Source: a bacterium (GTDB taxonomy: Bacteria; Patescibacteriota; Minisyncoccia; Phycocordibacterales; UBA6899). Taken from it: a stretch of 47,943 nt of DNA. The notes below the pieces were generated by a model. It was not told the origin of the DNA and ran no database searches. It saw nothing but the letters and a program-made list of their open reading frames with translations. A program made the position numbers and the translations under genes. The stretch spans positions 1 to 47,943 of the forward strand of contig JAYVMS010000015.1 of the NCBI GenBank assembly GCA_043758815.1. Reading direction: 5' to 3'. Of this stretch, positions 27,210-34,563 are shown one piece after another. Numbering within the stretch: position 1 is the first letter of the stretch; each line of letters starts with the position of its first letter.

Positions 27210-27704
27210 ATGAAGCCAAACTTACGTCTCATGAGACTAACAGAAACCCTAAAAAAAATCAATACCTCCCTCGTGTATATGAGCGATATATCGAAAGATA
27301 TATTCGTCTTTTTGGCTATTTTACTTATCGGGGCAGGAGCCTTCATGATTGGACGTATTTCAGTGGGGGAGACAGAGCGCAAAAATGAGCTAAGAATAAT
27401 ATCTCCGAGTAATATGACAGCAAGTTTTGAGCAATCTCAACTTGAAGCAAATTCGAGCACGGGAGAACTAAAAATAACATCATCGGGAAGCACTTCGCGT
27501 AGTTCATTTAAATCGCACAACCAAGCTGCAAATACCGAGGGGGAAAGTGGCATGTATGTTGGATCTAAGAACGGCAAAGTCTATCATTTACCGTCATGTC
27601 CGGGTGCAAAAAGAATAAAAGATGTAAATAAAGTGTGGTTCAAAGACAAGCAGGATGCGAAAGCGTATGGGTATAAACCCGCACCTAACTGCAAGGGAAT
27701 TTAG
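27210..27704 (+). CDS. Membrane-anchored protein with a C-terminal Cys-containing Ada-like metal-binding ('sunset'-type) domain
   Basis: Transmembrane helix, a low-complexity linker, then GKVYHLPSCPGAKRIK...YGYKPAPNC. The start is ambiguous. Confidence 0.55.
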   Translation: MKPNLRLMRLTETLKKINTSLVYMSDISKDIFVFLAILLIGAGAFMIGRISVGETERKNELRIISPSNMTASFEQSQLEANSSTGELKITSSGSTSRSSFKSHNQAANTEGESGMYVGSKNGKVYHLPSCPGAKRIKDVNKVWFKDKQDAKAYGYKPAPNCKGI

Positions 27705-27749
27705 TAACGCACAAACTCACAAGATATTCACAATGCAATTTATTTGCGT

Positions 27750-27778
27750 TTGACATATAGATTCTTGCAACATATACT
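27750..27778 (+). promoter_or_regulatory. Sigma-70-like promoter (TTGACA, 17-nt spacer, TATACT)
   Basis: Counted by hand. Lies 80 nt upstream of the HxlR-family gene. Confidence 0.45.
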
Positions 27779-27857
27779 AACTATCCAAACAGAATTGCAT
27801 TCGTCGCTTAAATAATAAAAACTTTAATCATCTCGTGTACGAGAATAATTTAATTAT

Positions 27858-28181
27858 ATGAAAAAATACGCCAAAAAAGTCATTCACTCACCAATAGAAA
27901 ATACACTTCAAATAATAGGCAGCAAGTGGGCTGTGCTCATCATTCGAGAACTGATGGAGGGGACTCGACGCTTCAGTGAGCTTGAAAAATCACTCACGGG
28001 CATTAGCCCTCGCACATTATCGCTTCGTCTTGCGAGCATGGAAGAGAGTGGTATCGTTGAGCGAAAAGTATACCCTGAGGTGCCGCCACGAGTTGAATAC
28101 AAACTTTCACCGCTAGGAAGAACTCTTGAACCAGTACTTAAGACCATGAACAACTGGGGTGCGACGTTCGCAAAGAAATAG
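27858..28181 (+). CDS. HxlR-family transcriptional regulator
   Basis: IGSKWAVLIIRELMEGTRRFSELEKSL...PPRVEYKLSPLG. Confidence 0.85.
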   Translation: MKKYAKKVIHSPIENTLQIIGSKWAVLIIRELMEGTRRFSELEKSLTGISPRTLSLRLASMEESGIVERKVYPEVPPRVEYKLSPLGRTLEPVLKTMNNWGATFAKK

Positions 28182-28301
28182 ATCCTAATACTTTAAAAAG
28201 CCGACACAATTTGTGTCGCCTTTTTTATTATTTCTGCTATACTCGAGCTTACTCTATTGGCAACAGTATGAGTATGCGGCTAATGTTTTAAGATTTAGTA
28301 T

Positions 28302-28322
28302 AAATCGGGCTATCGGATGGTG
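28302..28322 (+). repeat. tRNA-Pro fragment A (leader plus acceptor 5' strand and the start of the D-arm)
   Basis: aaatcgggctatcggatGgtg compared with 28468-28488 aaatcgggctatcggatAgtg: 20 of 21 positions match. Confidence 0.85.
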
Positions 28323-28435
28323 TGAGAATCGGCTTCGGGAACCCGCTTCTGAGTGAGGCCGATTCGCAAGACTCATTGTGGGTTTTTTAAAGCATCTTCA
28401 TAAAAGACCCAATGAGTGGACAGTTCCTGTAAGGA

Positions 28436-28450
28436 ACGCGGCGGCAGTTC
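28436..28450 (+). repeat. tRNA-Pro fragment B (end of the anticodon stem, variable loop, T-stem 5' strand and TTC)
   Basis: acgcggcggcagttc is identical to 28511-25 and breaks inside the T-loop. Confidence 0.8.
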
Positions 28451-28471
28451 TTCATTCAATTATAAAGAAAT

Positions 28472-28545
28472 CGGGCTATCGGATAGTGGTAGTCTACGTG
28501 CATGGGGTGCACGCGGCGGCAGTTCGATTCTGCCTAGCCCGACCA
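28472..28545 (+). tRNA. tRNA-Pro (anticodon GGG), CCA encoded
   Basis: Manual cloverleaf: acceptor CGGGCTA/TAGCCCG; D stem GGAT/GTCT (with G-U pairs); anticodon stem CGTGC/GCACG with loop ATGGGGT; 4-nt variable loop; T arm GGCAG-TTCGATT-CTGCC; discriminator A plus CCA. Confidence 0.85.
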
Positions 28546-28663
28546 AAAGGAGGAGCTAAGAAAGCGCAACTTTCGTGGCAGGATCGAAGCCGTTCTTCCA
28601 TATTTACAAAAGATTCATATCTTGAGTAAATGGAAAACGGGTACTGCGCCAGTAGGGCGAGTG

Positions 28664-28680
28664 TCTGCCTAGCCCGACCA
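28664..28680 (+). repeat. tRNA-Pro fragment C (T-stem 3' strand, acceptor 3' strand and ACCA)
   Basis: tctgcctagcccgacca is identical to 28529-28545 and begins inside the T-loop. Confidence 0.85.
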
Positions 28681-28699
28681 CAAGAGAATTCTATAATCA

Positions 28700-29275
28700 A
28701 TGCAAAAACGTTTATTCATATCGCTCCCAGTAGACGATAGCTGGAAGAAAATCTTCGAGGAGAGTTTAAAGGATATTGCTGCAAGCGAGTGGCTTCGAAT
28801 TACTCCATCGAATGATCTTCATGTTACGCTATTTTTTCTTGGCAATGTCGAAGAAGAATTGATACCTGAAATTGAGGACGCACTAACAGATATTGCTTCG
28901 ATACAAAATGATTTTACGTTGTCGTTAAACAAAATTCACTTAGCTCCTGAAGGGGAGAGGCCTACGATGATTTGGGCAAGGCTAGGTGATGATATGCAGT
29001 TCAAGATATTGGCCGGTAGAGCCAGAGAGGAGCTTGCCTACATCTTGGGCTCCACAGAAGAGCCAGAACAGATAGCACACGTAACATTGGCACGCTTTAA
29101 TAAGCAAGCAGCTGCACCCAAAGAGCTCGCACCAATTATAAAAAGTGGGCACGAGGGTAAAAAACTACAAGTAAGCTCAATGAAGCTTGTCGAGTCGAAA
29201 ATGACAAAGAATGGTGCAGTCCTAGTAGAAATATCGACTTTTACTTTCGGTATGCAATCTGGCGAGTTGGGTTAA
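28700..29275 (+). CDS. RNA 2',3'-cyclic phosphodiesterase / 2'-5' RNA ligase (2H phosphoesterase, LigT/ThpR-like)
   Basis: Two HxT motifs: HVTLFFLG and HVTLARF. Confidence 0.85.
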   Translation: MQKRLFISLPVDDSWKKIFEESLKDIAASEWLRITPSNDLHVTLFFLGNVEEELIPEIEDALTDIASIQNDFTLSLNKIHLAPEGERPTMIWARLGDDMQFKILAGRAREELAYILGSTEEPEQIAHVTLARFNKQAAAPKELAPIIKSGHEGKKLQVSSMKLVESKMTKNGAVLVEISTFTFGMQSGELG

Positions 29276-29434
29276 CCGCACGAGGTCCGTGAAGCACTCG
29301 CAGCATTTAAGATTCACACATTAATAAAGCAAAAGTACTCTTGATAAAGAGTAACTAAAACACTAACTAGGGTTTGGCTGTTAAATTTACACTTAGTGTG
29401 TTAAAACTCTCTAGGATATCATACGGGGGTTAAA

Positions 29435-29779
29435 ATGAAATCAAAGAAGAAATCGCTAGTTGCAGCGGTAGTTACCAAAGATCGAATTCATCCCACATCA
29501 GTTCCGGGGTTTTCGACCGACAATTTTGCTCTTGGGGTGCTGATTGGAAGAATGCGCTATGACAAGATTCTCGACGTACTCGAAGGTCTGAAGTCTGAAA
29601 TCGATTCTCAAGCCAAAAAGGATCACGGGCGTAAGCGTTATCAGCTTTCTGGTCACCTGACGCTACTCAAGGGGGAAATTATGAAGGTTATCGCTTCACT
29701 CGAAAAGATATTCAAACTTTGTAAGCCGTACTTGCAGCCAGAAATGGAGAGCAAGAAGTCATATAAACACACCCCATAG
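29435..29779 (+). CDS. Hypothetical protein (114 aa)
   Basis: ORF followed by a hairpin plus T-run at about 29797-29828. No motif recognised. Confidence 0.5.
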   Translation: MKSKKKSLVAAVVTKDRIHPTSVPGFSTDNFALGVLIGRMRYDKILDVLEGLKSEIDSQAKKDHGRKRYQLSGHLTLLKGEIMKVIASLEKIFKLCKPYLQPEMESKKSYKHTP

Positions 29780-29834
29780 CACACTAGGGAATAAGTCTGA
29801 GCACCGCATAAGCGCTCAGCTTCTTTTTAATGAT

Positions 29835-29863
29835 ACGTCGTACAATATATCGAGTTACGACGT
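29835..29863. repeat. 29-bp palindromic core-type site containing the left copy of the 17-bp direct repeat
   Basis: ACGTCGTA-caatatatcgagt-TACGACGT, with 8-bp perfect inverted arms. The first 17 nt are repeated at 38671-38687. Confidence 0.8.
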
Positions 29864-29995
29864 AGTTGCACCTATGCATAGCGACTATGTCAATAGTGCT
29901 TCTCCCGCCCCCTCCTATTGCAGATATACGGATTATCCTTATACTAATAATGATATTCTCTCGCTCGTGAGCTTTTAAAAGTAACTCGAGTGCCT

Positions 29996-30190
29996 ATGTG
30001 GTTACGCAGAATTTTTCGTAGTGGCGACTCTCTCGCCGTCAGTCTTCCCGCTGCTTATTGCCGTGATCGTAATTTGCGCCGAGGTGATTATGTTGAACTC
30101 CGCACCGCTGCAGATGGCTCTCTTTTAATTCATTATGGACTTACAACAATTTCTGAAAGAGCAGTCAATGACACTGGAGATCGTAGCTAA
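29996..30190 (+). CDS. AbrB/SpoVT/MazE-type DNA-binding protein
   Basis: RRIFRSGDSLAVSLPAAYCRDRNLRRGDYVEL matches the swapped-hairpin AbrB domain pattern. Confidence 0.6.
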   Translation: MWLRRIFRSGDSLAVSLPAAYCRDRNLRRGDYVELRTAADGSLLIHYGLTTISERAVNDTGDRS

Positions 30191-30416
30191 TCACCTCATC
30201 ATGCACAGTGTACATGATGAATGTATCAAACGTTTTCGTATTGCCGACATGCTCAGTGACGTTGTCGCGACAATGCAAGAGTACGGCACATATCATAAAT
30301 CACACGAGATCAGAATCAAATCACCAGAAGAATTTTATAAGGGTGACCGCCTAACAGGTTACAAAAACAAAAATATATGGAAACACACAGCAAAGAAATC
30401 TACCTCGACCAAATAG
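30135..30416 (+). CDS. Hypothetical protein (93 aa)
   Basis: ORF overlapping both neighbours. No motif recognised. Confidence 0.4.
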   Translation: MDLQQFLKEQSMTLEIVANHLIMHSVHDECIKRFRIADMLSDVVATMQEYGTYHKSHEIRIKSPEEFYKGDRLTGYKNKNIWKHTAKKSTSTK

Positions 30417-31264
30417 ACGAACCTCAACACGCAATGCGAACTGATATTGATCGTGATGCTGTGTTCGAACTCGCCGCCGATATCAAGAAAAATGGGCTCA
30501 TCAATCCGATTACAGTGCGCCCTATTTTGATTCATGCAGTAGACTGTGCCAATATAGACAATTTAGACAAAGAGGCGTGTCGAGAAGAATGCACAGATCG
30601 TTTTGAAGTTGTTGCCGGTCATCGCCGCTTCCTCGCGCACCGATACGGCGGAATGATAAATATAAAGTGTGTCGTGCGTTATCTCACAGATGATGAAGCA
30701 TTTGCAATCATGACGAGTGAGAATCTCGCGCGCACTGATGTTCATCCGGTTGACGAAGCGGTACACGTCGGTCGTCTCATAGAAATGTACGGTGGAGACT
30801 TAAATAAAGTTTGCGAAGTTACGAGTCGTAGCAAGCAGTGGGTTGAAGATCGTATATCAATTGCATCAATGCCGACGTATCTACAGCAACCACTAAAAGA
30901 GGGAAGAATTAAATTGGGTGTCGCACTCGCAATCAATCAGATCACTGATGATGTAGATCGTGAGGCGGTCACCGGTATGGCGATCTCGCAAGGTGCATCG
31001 GTCATGATGGCGCAGTATTGGCTTGCACAGTGGCGCGCAGGTCTCTTTGGCCATGCTATGCTCGGCACTTCCCCCGACTCGGTACTTCCAGAGAATCAGC
31101 GGCGAGTCCCTATGTTTCGCTGTGCCATCGACGGCAAAGAATACCCATGCACAGACTTTACTTCAATACTCGTTTATAGAGACAACGTCCCCGCCATTGA
31201 TGCCCTCCGTGAACAACTACTAAAAATCGCAGAAGAAAACACATCCCTCCCCGCCGGTATCTGA
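30377..31264 (+). CDS. ParB-like nuclease-domain (ParB/Srx fold) protein
   Basis: LAADIKKNGLINPITVRP and FEVVAGHRRFLAH (the GxRR box). Confidence 0.75.
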   Translation: METHSKEIYLDQIDEPQHAMRTDIDRDAVFELAADIKKNGLINPITVRPILIHAVDCANIDNLDKEACREECTDRFEVVAGHRRFLAHRYGGMINIKCVVRYLTDDEAFAIMTSENLARTDVHPVDEAVHVGRLIEMYGGDLNKVCEVTSRSKQWVEDRISIASMPTYLQQPLKEGRIKLGVALAINQITDDVDREAVTGMAISQGASVMMAQYWLAQWRAGLFGHAMLGTSPDSVLPENQRRVPMFRCAIDGKEYPCTDFTSILVYRDNVPAIDALREQLLKIAEENTSLPAGI

Positions 31265-31269
31265 ATTTC

Positions 31270-31487
31270 CCCCCCGCAGAATCTGCACCCTTCCTAGGGG
31301 GCTACCTATTTAGCACGAGGAGAGAATAAGACCCCTGCCCTGAGTGGTCTTATTCTCTCTCTCGTTCACTAGAAAAATCTGCGGTTGCCTTGGCAAGGGC
31401 GAGTACGTAGTACGAAGCCCTTGCCAAGGCAACCGCGATTTTTCTCCAGCCCCTGCGTAGGTCGGTCTGAAAGACTCTGCGGGGGGG
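31270..31487. repeat. Nested inverted-repeat cluster between the convergent modules of the element
   Basis: Outer pair ccccccgcaga/tctgcggggggg; a 14-bp hairpin (31320-31333 with 31346-31359); and a perfect 20-bp stem (31381-31400 with 31417-31436). Confidence 0.85.
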
Positions 31488-31666
31488 TTCGCATGTAATT
31501 TCAACTTTGAAGCATCTGTGGCGCTTGTCGCCGCTAATTTATATTTGACCACACAAATTAGAAGTATGTGCCCGGTGGCCACAAAAATAAGCCGACCATT
31601 GTGTTGGCTTTGAATTTTGAGAGGCCTTAAAACGCAGTTTTAAGGCTCCAAATATGGCTATAATGC

Positions 31667-33949
31667 TCAAATTAGGTATTCGCTCGCAACCCAGCCGTAT
31701 GCGTTGTAGGGGTCATTCACTCCAACAATAGCAACCCAATTGTAACCATCCATGCTGACGATTTTCACCGGTACATCCGGTATTGTTACTTGATCGAGTC
31801 TCACGAGAGTCCCATCTGGAAACTTCTGTACGATCCCCCCCGCAAGCGATGGCGATGAGCGCACATTTAGATTGACACCCCCGGTCTTTACATGAAACTG
31901 ACGGTTTGCAAGCAAGCGTGTTGTTGCTGCTGCGGGCGATGTAGTCATAACGGGCGTTGTCGTCAATTGAGGCCCTATCGGCGCAGAATATTGTGTAGTG
32001 GCAATTGCAGTTTGATCGCCCGGATTTGATACCGTTGGCGCTGCGGTGCTCGAACTCTGAGCCGGTGGCGAGGACACGACGCTCGTCACTGGCGCGGAAG
32101 TCGCGACCTGCGTTGTGATTGTTGTTGGTGTGCTCGTCACAAGACCGCTTATTTTATTTACGTCTGATGTGAAAAGTGACGGTGTGAGCGTTGCGGCAAT
32201 ATCCTTGAGCGCTGCGGAGCTCGGAGTATAATCGGTGTTGTTCACTATTCCTAGATTGTTTTCTAACATCTGCACTTTTCGCCCGTTCTTATCTAGAATA
32301 AAAATGCGTATAACTGCAAACTTCTTATACACTGTTTTGTAAATTGGTAGTCCTTGAATATAGGTTGGCGTTTCATAAGCTATCCCGCTCGGTGAATTGG
32401 CAAAGCCTCCCCCTGTCTTTTTCTTGTGGTAGCCCACAATGATTTTTACCGGTGCACCATGCAGGTGGAAGCCTGCCGGTGTCGTTACGGAGTTTACTAT
32501 TGCTATTTCGTAGTGGAAAGACGCAGGAAGCCCCATCACAAAGTTTGCGAGTGTCTGTGTTGCATTTGCTTTAAGATCGTCATCTGATGTGATGAGTCCG
32601 TTACCTACTGATGCGAATGGGTGAGGCGTACCAAGTACACCATTTGCGATAACGCCGGTAAATATCTGAGCGCTTCCTCCATCACTTCCTCCACTGTAAC
32701 CTCCTCCGCCGCCAGTGCTTCCTGATGAGCTACTACGCATCGCGCCTCCCGTTGCAGCAGCCATCTGTGTACCGGTACCGATCGTTTTCTCTATACTGAT
32801 TGCATCTTTCCATGCAGAAATAAGCTGCGTAGGCGCAAGTACCACGTTGTCATAGTTTTCTTTCACCAATCCGTTTAATAAAAAACTAAATATCAACACC
32901 GCGGCCGATAGTTCAGTGCCTACAACTCCGATGCCTAGTATTGTGCTTAATCCAAAAGCTGTCCCAATTGAGGACACAGCATACCCGATTCCCGCAGCTG
33001 TTACAGCTTCCGGCCCTGCTAGCATTACGCCGATGATGATGAGAACGAATGAGGCGATTGCTGTTATACCTGCACCCGCTGCTACCGTTGCTAGAAGTTT
33101 AATTATAGTTGCAGATTCTATTCCCATGATCGTTGGCGGTGATTTTGACACTTGCAAAGCTCGCTGTTCGAGTATTCCAAGTGTTGAATGGATGTCTGCC
33201 ATGCTTACACCGCTTGTCGCCCCGTATGAGTATAGTAGCGTTCTCACTGCTGCTGCTGCCTCGTCTTGTGCTAGTCCGTGCTTTTGTTGGGTTGCAAGAA
33301 TTTGTGCATTGAAGAAGTTCACTCGTGCTATTTGATTCAGGGGATTTTGTTTCATCAGCGCTACGTTTTCGTTGATCTGCGCCTGAGTCTCGCTTGCCAC
33401 TGTCCCGTTTTTTCCTGCCGTAGACACTGTTGAAACTTGTCCTACCGCTCCGATTACTTGATTTAGTGCATCACCAAAACTGAATGCAACCCCCGCGCCG
33501 GATTCTTCGCCTAGATAAAAATTCTTGTTGAGTGCAATCGCAGCCCAAGCCGTTTGTAGTGACACTTGTCCCACAGCAACACGCTCAGCAAGAGTTGTTT
33601 CTATAGTGTCGCTTGCTGCGGAAACTCCCCCGACTCGTCCGGGTTGAACCATTAAATTTGCCGGAAGATTAGATCCTCCGAGTTCTAGTGGAATTTTGTG
33701 ATCGAGTTCATCATCCGGCCCCGCTCCTAATACGGATCGCATTCTCTGCTCGATACTTGGCCCCATTCGTGGTGTGTGTAGATCGCCGGTGCTTGTCACT
33801 TGCTGTATTGTGGGGTCAAATTGGACAGCGCAGCGATCGGATAGTAGAATGGGTTTCTTATCGTTCGGGCCCTGAAAGGTCAAAAGCGGCCGTCCGCTTA
33901 GGTCTGTGAGTTCTGAAACACCGTATCCTTTACCAGTAAAATATGTCAT
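31667..33949 (-). CDS. Large multidomain virion-associated-type protein: His-Me/HNH-like N-domain, multi-transmembrane core, Gly/Ser linker and C-terminal SH3b
   Basis: ELDHKIPLELGGSNLPANL (HNH-like), about 4 hydrophobic helices, GGGGGYSGGSDGG, a Thr/Ser/Pro tract and an SH3b-like end (LNVRSSPS...GYNWVAI...GWVASEYL). The start is set at ATG 33949, which overlaps the upstream stop as ATGA. Confidence 0.65.
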   Translation of the reverse strand: MTYFTGKGYGVSELTDLSGRPLLTFQGPNDKKPILLSDRCAVQFDPTIQQVTSTGDLHTPRMGPSIEQRMRSVLGAGPDDELDHKIPLELGGSNLPANLMVQPGRVGGVSAASDTIETTLAERVAVGQVSLQTAWAAIALNKNFYLGEESGAGVAFSFGDALNQVIGAVGQVSTVSTAGKNGTVASETQAQINENVALMKQNPLNQIARVNFFNAQILATQQKHGLAQDEAAAAVRTLLYSYGATSGVSMADIHSTLGILEQRALQVSKSPPTIMGIESATIIKLLATVAAGAGITAIASFVLIIIGVMLAGPEAVTAAGIGYAVSSIGTAFGLSTILGIGVVGTELSAAVLIFSFLLNGLVKENYDNVVLAPTQLISAWKDAISIEKTIGTGTQMAAATGGAMRSSSSGSTGGGGGYSGGSDGGSAQIFTGVIANGVLGTPHPFASVGNGLITSDDDLKANATQTLANFVMGLPASFHYEIAIVNSVTTPAGFHLHGAPVKIIVGYHKKKTGGGFANSPSGIAYETPTYIQGLPIYKTVYKKFAVIRIFILDKNGRKVQMLENNLGIVNNTDYTPSSAALKDIAATLTPSLFTSDVNKISGLVTSTPTTITTQVATSAPVTSVVSSPPAQSSSTAAPTVSNPGDQTAIATTQYSAPIGPQLTTTPVMTTSPAAATTRLLANRQFHVKTGGVNLNVRSSPSLAGGIVQKFPDGTLVRLDQVTIPDVPVKIVSMDGYNWVAIVGVNDPYNAYGWVASEYLI

Positions 33950-34134
33950 ATGGAAAAAGCTGATCGTATCTGGCGAGCGTTTAATATCTTCTTTGCCCTT
34001 GCAGGAATCGCCATTAGTGCACACGGTTTACCTATTGCTCTCGCAACTGGTGATGCGCCGGATGAAAATATTTTTGGTATCTTTTTCAGCATGTTCTGGT
34101 TCTGGTTTTGGTATGTACGTAGAGGGTGGATCAT
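33946..34134 (-). CDS. Small basic protein (62 aa), translationally coupled to both neighbours
   Basis: TGATG overlap with the upstream stop and ATGA overlap with the downstream start. Confidence 0.45.
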   Translation of the reverse strand: MIHPLRTYQNQNQNMLKKIPKIFSSGASPVARAIGKPCALMAIPARAKKILNARQIRSAFSI

Positions 34135-34559
34135 CAAGCCAAAATCAGCTGCACCCCCTCGCTCTTAGCCAGTAACTCCATCTCCGGTAGCAGCGAATCG
34201 GTAACAATGATCGGTACTACAGGCTCATTGATCGTATAGTCACGCTTAAAAAGTGTGACGTATCCTTTCACTTGCCCTATAGCTGACGTACTCGCGCGCG
34301 GCTTCACTTCAACGACAAAGAACATGCCGTTTTTTCTCCCTACCACGTCTATCTTGCGTTGATATAATTTATTCACGTCACCTCCTGTTGCGGGATTGAC
34401 TAGAGTATCAAACCCCGCACCCTCACCGACCGGCACGTCATAAGAAACAACCTCGAATATATCGGTATTCGCGGTGATGAAGCGCTCCCAGATAGCCACA
34501 TCAAGCGGCGCCATGTGCGGATATCTATATCGTTTCTCGTATGGGATAAATTCGATCAT
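34134..34559 (-). CDS. PD-(D/E)XK nuclease-fold protein (putative)
   Basis: IDVVGRKNGMFFVVEVK fits the D...(D/E)xK core. The start is set at MIEFIPYEK. Confidence 0.45.
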   Translation of the reverse strand: MIEFIPYEKRYRYPHMAPLDVAIWERFITANTDIFEVVSYDVPVGEGAGFDTLVNPATGGDVNKLYQRKIDVVGRKNGMFFVVEVKPRASTSAIGQVKGYVTLFKRDYTINEPVVPIIVTDSLLPEMELLAKSEGVQLILA

Positions 34560-34563
34560 GTCA

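Noticed and set aside
29950-29964. The 15-nt repeat ATGATATTCTCTCGC (also at 38615-38629) as independent proof of the element boundaries.
   Set aside because: About one 15-mer repeat is expected by chance in a 48-kb window. It is mentioned only as supporting context for the 17-mer and the palindrome.
31310-31582. The 90-aa ORF in the element's convergent intergenic region.
   Set aside because: It is composed almost entirely of the long hairpin arms, so the open frame is a by-product of the palindromes.
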